Source of the DNA: Planctomycetota bacterium
GTDB lineage: Bacteria; Planctomycetota; PLA2; JAEUHO01
NCBI GenBank assembly: GCA_965222115.1
Contig: CBDCTJ010000007.1
Location: 2,304,001 to 2,368,000, forward strand
DNA: 64,000 nucleotides
Reading direction: 5' to 3'
The notes below the pieces were generated by a model. The model saw nothing but the letters and a program-made list of their open reading frames with translations, did not search any database and was not told the DNA's origin. The first letter of the stretch is position 1; each line of letters opens with the position of its first letter. Shown one piece after another: positions 58,000 to 64,000 of the stretch. The translations under genes and the position numbers were made by a program.

Positions 58000-58098
58000 C
58001 TCAAGTGTGAGCGTCCGATAGTCGATTCACGCCAGCTCGTGGACGTGGACGTGGACGTGGACGTGGACGTGGACGTGGACGTGGACGTGGACGTGGAC
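58000..58098 (+). repeat. Modular motif copy H, right half with (GTGGAC)10
   Basis: CTCAAGTGTGAGCGTCCGATAGTCGATTCACGCCAGCTC, GTGGAC x10 at 58039-58098; continues the left half as in copy G. Confidence 0.9.
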
Positions 58099-58247
58099 GT
58101 CGGAGGCCAAGGGTGGAGCCCTTGAGCCGGAGACCGCTCTCAGCTCCCTTCATGTGAGCAATTCAGCGGCGTGCCGCCACGCAACGTGCCCAGCAGCCAC
58201 CGAATCACGCCCCGAAACGTTTGGGCTCTGCGTCGTTGTGTGACGTA

Positions 58248-59735
58248 CTACCCAGTCAAACTCGGCTTGGCACCAAGGCTCACACCCACGCTCGACTTGT
58301 CAAAGCGCACGTACTCCCATGCGAACTCGTTGCCGTTGATGCCCTTGCGGGGCGGGGCGATCCAACTGGCGATCTTACCGACCTCGAAGACGGGTGTCAT
58401 GAGGCTCTTGACATAGGCCTGGTCACTGCTGCCGGGGAGCCATGCGTCGCGGTTTTTGTTGAACTCGTCCTCGGTGACGGGCTCGCCTTTGGGATCGAAA
58501 TGGCCTGCGCTGTAGATGCCCATGTTGCGGTGGAAGCGGCGGTGGGGGAGCTCGAATCGGAAGTCAATCTTCTCCTTCTCAAGGATTCGATTCCAACGGC
58601 CCACGACAAATACGCAGTCGCCAATGTAGCCGTCGCGCAGCACTTCATTCATGGCGTTGCGCAGCGGTACCTGCTCCGTGGTCAGCGACACCTTGGTGCC
58701 GCCATTCTTGGTAGGGACTTGCATCTCGTAGGCGCCTTCCAATGCCTTATGGTCTTCGTACTTTGATTCTTTGTAGCGACCCTTGAGGCCATTGGCGAAG
58801 TACACGGATGCGTTGTTGCTGATCTCGCCGCCAAAGAGATTGACCGAAGAACTAAACCAACGATTGATGTAGCGCTGAATGGTCGGCAAATCGATCACGC
58901 CCTGCTGGCGCAGCTTCTCGGGATCGTCGGTCTTGAGTTCATTCATGGCTTCTGCGGTGCGTTGAATCACACGTCCCACGCCCGTCTCGCCCACAAACAT
59001 GTGGTGGGCCTCCTCGGTGAGCATGAATTGCGTGGTGCGGGCAAGGGGGTCTAGGCCCGATTCGGAGAGCGCAAGCAATTGGAACTTGCCGTCGCGGTCG
59101 GTAAACGTCGTAAACATGAAGAACGAGAGCCAGTCTTCCACCGGCTCATTAAACGTGCCCAGGATGCGCGGCGAATCTTCGTGACCGCTACGGCGCCGCA
59201 AGAGATCGTCGGCCTCTTCACGACCATCACGTCCAAAGTGCGTGTGAAGCAGGTACACCATGGCCCACAAGTGTCGCCCTTCTTCAACATTCACCTGAAA
59301 GAGGTTGCGCAAGTCATACAAACTCGGCGCGGTCTGCCCCAAGAGACGCTGCTGTTCGACGCTGGCCGGTTCCGTATCGGCTTGTGTCACAATGATGCGA
59401 CGGAGCGCATTCCGGTATTCGCCGGGAACCTTCTGCCACGCGGGTTGACCCGCGAAATCACCGCAAGGAATCGTGCGGTCCACCTCCTGGGGCTGTAGGA
59501 AAATGCCCCAGCGATAATCGGGCATTTTGACGTAGCCAAATTGTGCCCATCCATCGCGACCCACGTCGATTGCGGTGCGCAGATAGATGTCATCTGCTTG
59601 GAACCCCTCAGGCCCCATTTCTTTCCACCAATCGACAAAGTGGGGTTGCCACGCCTCAAGGGCGCGCTGCAACCGTCGGTCATCTTTTAGACCAACGTTG
59701 TTGGGAATCTTGGCATTAAGGTCCACATTGCCCAT
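58248..59735 (-). CDS. boxB: Benzoyl-CoA 2,3-epoxidase subunit BoxB
   Basis: KIPNNV.L, YVKMPDYRWGIF, DTEPASVEQQR, NVEEGRHLW, TEEAHH diiron motifs. Confidence 0.93.
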   Translation of the reverse strand: MGNVDLNAKIPNNVGLKDDRRLQRALEAWQPHFVDWWKEMGPEGFQADDIYLRTAIDVGRDGWAQFGYVKMPDYRWGIFLQPQEVDRTIPCGDFAGQPAWQKVPGEYRNALRRIIVTQADTEPASVEQQRLLGQTAPSLYDLRNLFQVNVEEGRHLWAMVYLLHTHFGRDGREEADDLLRRRSGHEDSPRILGTFNEPVEDWLSFFMFTTFTDRDGKFQLLALSESGLDPLARTTQFMLTEEAHHMFVGETGVGRVIQRTAEAMNELKTDDPEKLRQQGVIDLPTIQRYINRWFSSSVNLFGGEISNNASVYFANGLKGRYKESKYEDHKALEGAYEMQVPTKNGGTKVSLTTEQVPLRNAMNEVLRDGYIGDCVFVVGRWNRILEKEKIDFRFELPHRRFHRNMGIYSAGHFDPKGEPVTEDEFNKNRDAWLPGSSDQAYVKSLMTPVFEVGKIASWIAPPRKGINGNEFAWEYVRFDKSSVGVSLGAKPSLTG

Positions 59736-59806
59736 GGGGTGCTCCGCGTTTCAATCGGTGATTTCGTATTCGAGTAATTTCGCATTCGAACACATGTCGT
59801 TCGCCC

Positions 59807-61513
59807 TTAGGTCCGGTTCCAGTCAAAGACCGGACGTTCCGGCCGGCCATAGAGCGTTAAGGCGCCCTGTTCGCCAACCGCGTTGGGCCGTTGGAAGATC
59901 CAGTTTTGCCACGCCGAGAGCCGACCAAAGATCTTGGTCTCCAACGTTTCCGGGCCGGCAAAACGCAAGTTGGCTTCCATACCAGTCAATGCGTCGGGCG
60001 AAAGGCTGGCGCGCTCTTCAATCGCGATGCGCACCTCATCCTCGTAGTCGATGTCGTCCGGCGAAAGCGTAACAAGCCCTGCTTCCTCAGCCGCGCGAGC
60101 ATCCCACGTGCCGTCATGTGCTAACGCGGCTTTGAGTGCCTCTGCGCCGCCCAGGAAACGGGTTTCCAAGCGCGTCAAGCCATTGGACATGGGCAGGGGG
60201 CCGCGGTTGAGCGCCGAAAGCTGAATGCTGTTGGGGGCATCGGGATCATCCAGCATGTAACTTCGATCACAGGCCAGCGTGAGTTCGAAAAGCGAACCCA
60301 CGAAACACGAGCCGGGCTCGATCAATGCGAATGCACTGCGCGCCGTTAGGTCGAGGCGTTTCCATACGCGCTTGAGCGTCATCAGCGACTCGAACACAAA
60401 CCAGTCTGTCGCCGCATGCTCGTCAAGAAACGCATCATGCGCCAGAACCTGTGCCGCATCGCCCTCTGTCTTGATCACCAACGTACCAATGTCGGGTCGA
60501 TTGAATCTCAGATCCAAGAGGACATCATCGAGTTCACGGGCCATGCGAAGCGGCCAATAGGTGGTGGCCTGCTTGCGTGCGCCCGCTGCGTCGGTAGGCG
60601 GTACGTCGGAAGGACCCCGGATCACAATGGTGCCGACGCGATCATCAATGGTGAGCGACACGAGCGAATGCGTTACGCCGGTAGCGTCGTAGATGCCCTC
60701 CAAGGGTGGCAGGCCAACGCCTTTGCCCGAGCGTCCACGCGGCGCGTCGTCATCCGCATGCGACGCAACGACTTCCTCGATACGTTTGCCAAACCGGCTC
60801 GACGGAACCGATTCATCGACCAAGCCCCATGATGCGGCGCGTTTTCCTTTGACACCCTCGGCGACCGTACTGAATACGTCGGCCAAGTCGCGGCGTACTT
60901 TGCGCTTGTCCACCAGTCGCGTCAGTCCGCCCGTCCCTGGCAATACGGCGAGCAAAGGCACCTCGGGAAGGCTCACTGCCGTGCTTCCGTCGTCTTGCAA
61001 AATGATCTCGTCGCACGCCATGGCGAGTTCGTAGCCGCCACCGGCGCACGTACCCTTGAGAGATGCAACGGTGTGAATGCCGCATTCGTCTGCCATGTCT
61101 TCGAGATACAGGCGCGTTTCGTTGGTGAACTTGCAGAAGTTCACTTTGAAGCCGTGTGTGGACGAGCAAAGCATATTGATGTTGGCGCCTGCACAAAAGA
61201 TGCCGGCAACGGCACTCTCCACCAGCAACAGGCGTACGTCCGGATGTTCAAAGCGAAGGCGGCGAATCACGTCAGCCAGTTCGATATCCACGCTCAAGTC
61301 GTAGGAGTTTAGCTTGAGTTCGTAGCCGGGCCGCAGCCCCTCATTCGGTTGCACATTCATGCCAAGGCGAGCGACATGACCATCGACACTGAACACCCAA
61401 TGCTGGTAGTGTTCAGGCGAGGATTCGAATCGAACCGGCGCGACCGCCGCATTGTAATTCGTTGCGTCGGAGACCGTTGCAGCATCCGACGATACAGAGG
61501 TTGTTGTACTCAT
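59807..61513 (-). CDS. boxC: 2,3-epoxybenzoyl-CoA dihydrolase BoxC
   Basis: YELKLNSYDL.VDIEL.D, FCKFTNETR, LPEVPLLAVLPGTGG, RLSAWQNWIFQRPNA; upstream of boxB. Confidence 0.93.
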   Translation of the reverse strand: MSTTTSVSSDAATVSDATNYNAAVAPVRFESSPEHYQHWVFSVDGHVARLGMNVQPNEGLRPGYELKLNSYDLSVDIELADVIRRLRFEHPDVRLLLVESAVAGIFCAGANINMLCSSTHGFKVNFCKFTNETRLYLEDMADECGIHTVASLKGTCAGGGYELAMACDEIILQDDGSTAVSLPEVPLLAVLPGTGGLTRLVDKRKVRRDLADVFSTVAEGVKGKRAASWGLVDESVPSSRFGKRIEEVVASHADDDAPRGRSGKGVGLPPLEGIYDATGVTHSLVSLTIDDRVGTIVIRGPSDVPPTDAAGARKQATTYWPLRMARELDDVLLDLRFNRPDIGTLVIKTEGDAAQVLAHDAFLDEHAATDWFVFESLMTLKRVWKRLDLTARSAFALIEPGSCFVGSLFELTLACDRSYMLDDPDAPNSIQLSALNRGPLPMSNGLTRLETRFLGGAEALKAALAHDGTWDARAAEEAGLVTLSPDDIDYEDEVRIAIEERASLSPDALTGMEANLRFAGPETLETKIFGRLSAWQNWIFQRPNAVGEQGALTLYGRPERPVFDWNRT

Positions 61514-61562
61514 TGGCAATCATGCTACGGCCCGTCGGAAGGGGAGCGAACTTCGTCACCAT

Positions 61563-61768
61563 GGTGAACACTTGTGCAATGAAATGGTGGTGTTGGCGAA
61601 TGGAGGTGAACACTTGTGCAACGCGAGTTGGTTCCATCGATATGGATTCGGGGGGCGGGCTCGATGCGCCCAATCTCGGTTGCTCTTTGCCCTGTCCCAC
61701 ACCGCGGTCAGCGGCGAAGATCGTGCGAACGCGCTCGCAAAGTGTCAATTGCTCCTGCACACAGTGCA
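61563..61768. promoter_or_regulatory. Candidate operator sites upstream of boxC
   Basis: 17-bp direct repeat GGTGAACACTTGTGCAA at 61563 and 61605; palindrome TGCAC-ACA-GTGCA at 61756-61768. Confidence 0.45.
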
Positions 61769-62076
61769 AAGAAAACGTACTTCTTGGAGCACGACTCCTA
61801 CGATTCACATGGCTCAAGTCCGATAGAAATTGTAGCGAACCTCACTTGATGGGCTTTGCAGGCGTTGCGTACAACTGCGATCAAGGTACGCGCTACCCGC
61901 GTGATAGGTTATTGTTCGTATATATATCCGGCATATTCGTTGCTTGTTGCCACTTGGACTCCACTGACGGTCGCAAGATCGTCGATAGGAGTTCATCCGG
62001 CGATTTCGGCGACCCGATCCCGTCCGGCTGCCTAGATCGCGCGCTACACGAGTGGCCTGCAACTGGAGTCGCAAGT

Positions 62077-62292
62077 ATGCACGTGCAGTTCAAATGCCTG
62101 CAAGATGGTTTGCGTTACTACCGCGTCATGCGCGATAGCCTCGAGATCTTCGTAGGCACACGCGATGAATGTGATCGGTTCTTGACGATACATTTTGCCA
62201 AGGTTGAACAGGAGCGGTTAGACGGACTCAAGACACCGCGCAGCAAGCCCGTCTTGATTCGTTCGTATCGAGCGATTCGCGCCCAGGCGTAA
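62077..62292 (+). CDS. Small hypothetical protein
   Basis: GGAG RBS, ATG 62077, 71 aa (MHVQFKCLQDGLRYYRV...) with natural composition. Confidence 0.5.
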   Translation: MHVQFKCLQDGLRYYRVMRDSLEIFVGTRDECDRFLTIHFAKVEQERLDGLKTPRSKPVLIRSYRAIRAQA

Positions 62293-62448
62293 CGCCCACA
62301 CACCAGTCCTTTCGTACGGTCAGTCGCCTCGTACACTCGTACTCCCCTCTTACGATTTGTGCCCCTCTTATAGATTCGGGGAGTGAAGCCCAAGATGCAG
62401 CCGTGACATCGCTGCCGCACCATAGCGGATTCGCATCCGATCGACGAG

Positions 62449-63858
62449 ATGCGGGCGAGGCGTTGCGGCGTGGACCCACACCTATTCTCAACTCGACTAC
62501 GGGACCCGTATCTCGGCAACCCTTATCTGGCCGTTGCTGTCGCTCGCGTCAAAGCGGTTGCCTACCGCGTGATCCTTGCACTCGCAGTTTTGGGGGGAAT
62601 CGGTTTCGCCGCCTCGGATGCGTGTGACGCGCGCGAACTCACGGCACTCGAAGCAGGCCCCCTGGGCAATGCACGCGTCGTTGTGCACGGAGCCCTTGAC
62701 TCGGTTTCGGAAGTGGGGGTGCGGTCTGGACGCCAACTGTTGTCCGTTCGTGTGATTGAGATCTTCAAGCAGTCCTGGCCCAAGGGGTCTACCCGGCGAT
62801 TGAGTACAGGCGACGTTGTTCATGTTGCGGTGCGGGGCCCGCGCGGTGTGCTTGGAACCGGCCAAGCGCGACCGCTACATTTTCAGCCGGACGAGAAGGG
62901 GAAGTGTGTGTTCTTCCTCAATCTCGGTGCCAGTGGTGGCCTGTTGCTGCAATCCGTGATTCGCGAGAACGGAAGCGAAGGGAGCGACAAAGTGGACGCG
63001 GTGCGCACCATTGCGCGCTTCATTGCGCTACCGGATCGCGCCGTTAGGGAACGCAAGCTCATAGATTATCTACTTACGCGCGCGGGGGGGCGGGGGCGAT
63101 GGAGCCGCGTCAATGCCACGCGAGAACTTCATCACATCGCGCGCGTTGCGCCGGACCTCTTTGGCTCGTCAGAACGCAAGCGTATTGACGCACTGATGCG
63201 CCGTGCACTGACTCCCGATCAACAACATTGGCTTCAACAGTTGATGCGCACGCTTGGACCGAGCGATGAATTCGGCGAGCCACCGACCGGAGAAGATCTC
63301 GCACGTGATGACGAGAAGCCGGGTTCGCGAGCCAAGCGGCGCACGGACACGTGGCTACGACTCTTCGATGATGCCACGACGGATGTGCAGCGCGAGTCGC
63401 TCTTCACGCAACTCCTGGCTGCAATGGATCCAAGCGATCCTGATCCGCGATCGGTGGCGGCGCTCCTTTCGGCGTTCGGTCGATCGTCGCTTGGGCTGCA
63501 GCGTTGGGTCTTGGATCGACTCATCTACAACCGCTGCTACGCGATTGTTCCGCGACTGCGTGTTCACTACGCGCGTACCGTAGCCATTGAAACTCGCGAG
63601 ATGCTGATTCGTGCCATCGGACTCCTGGGAGAAGACTTGGACGTCGGCTGGCTCACGCAGCGCATGAAAAATCGTGAGTTGCGACGTGCGGTTCTCCTTG
63701 CTCTCGCTCGCATTCGCTCGTCGGCGGCCTTGCAGGTGCTGAAGGCGGAGCACGCGCGTGCGCTGAGCCAATCCGGTGCAAGCGCCCGCGCCGAGGCCGC
63801 TTGGCTGGCCTATTTGCTTTCTGATGACTTTGCCGTGAGACGAGGCGCGAAACGCTAG
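62449..63858 (+). CDS. Hypothetical secreted protein with HEAT-like C-terminus
   Basis: Signal-like segment (true start probably near 62570); REMLIRAIGLLG and RRAVLLALARI helices. Confidence 0.6.
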   Translation: MRARRCGVDPHLFSTRLRDPYLGNPYLAVAVARVKAVAYRVILALAVLGGIGFAASDACDARELTALEAGPLGNARVVVHGALDSVSEVGVRSGRQLLSVRVIEIFKQSWPKGSTRRLSTGDVVHVAVRGPRGVLGTGQARPLHFQPDEKGKCVFFLNLGASGGLLLQSVIRENGSEGSDKVDAVRTIARFIALPDRAVRERKLIDYLLTRAGGRGRWSRVNATRELHHIARVAPDLFGSSERKRIDALMRRALTPDQQHWLQQLMRTLGPSDEFGEPPTGEDLARDDEKPGSRAKRRTDTWLRLFDDATTDVQRESLFTQLLAAMDPSDPDPRSVAALLSAFGRSSLGLQRWVLDRLIYNRCYAIVPRLRVHYARTVAIETREMLIRAIGLLGEDLDVGWLTQRMKNRELRRAVLLALARIRSSAALQVLKAEHARALSQSGASARAEAAWLAYLLSDDFAVRRGAKR

Positions 63859-64000
63859 CTTCGAGACAAGCGAATCAGCGAGCCGGTGCTAATCACGGCT
63901 TAGGACCGAAGGGCCCACAACCGTAGTAAAGGGGTAGGCCGCGTTTTGTTCGCGGGCTGGAGTACCGTCGCCGTGCGCCCTCTCATCTTACGTCTTGCCT

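Larger units (their letters stand above)
55823..58001 (-). mobile_element. IS110-family element, IS1111 subgroup
   Basis: DEDD transposase. Sub-terminal IRs ATGAAAGGGCC (55826-55836) and GGCCTTTTCAT (57984-57994), offset 3 and 7 nt from the ends. CT core at both junctions. Long 3' non-coding region. Confidence 0.9.

Overview
GC-rich bacterial chromosomal window, most likely Planctomycetota (ECF sigma/Ser-Thr kinase pair, TPR protein with two RpoA-CTD domains, long-tailed ECF sigma). The backbone is mostly housekeeping or metabolic: pepF-like peptidase, ABC and RND transporters, ruvA, asnS, murA, ffh, rpsP, maf, idi, sixA, pckA, boxBC, tRNA-Cys and tRNA-Leu. Three unusual things stand out. (1) A dispersed modular element built from a C-rich heptamer tract, a ~40-bp conserved core and a (GTGGAC)n tract occurs 8 times, always on the + strand. 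It brackets four intact and one remnant four-helix-bundle (TIGR02436/IVP/Avd-like) genes, whose leaders form long stems over the start codon. (2) An IS110-family (IS1111-type) element is inserted exactly at the CT core of one copy of that motif. Its 323-bp right-end non-coding region (putative bridge/seek RNA region) is triplicated at an internal target-like site. (3) Two in-frame-TGA ORFs are missed by the ORF track: a SelW/Rdx-type CxxU selenoprotein and a candidate novel Sec-containing small lipoprotein. All calls come from reading the sequence; no database searches or folding programs were run.
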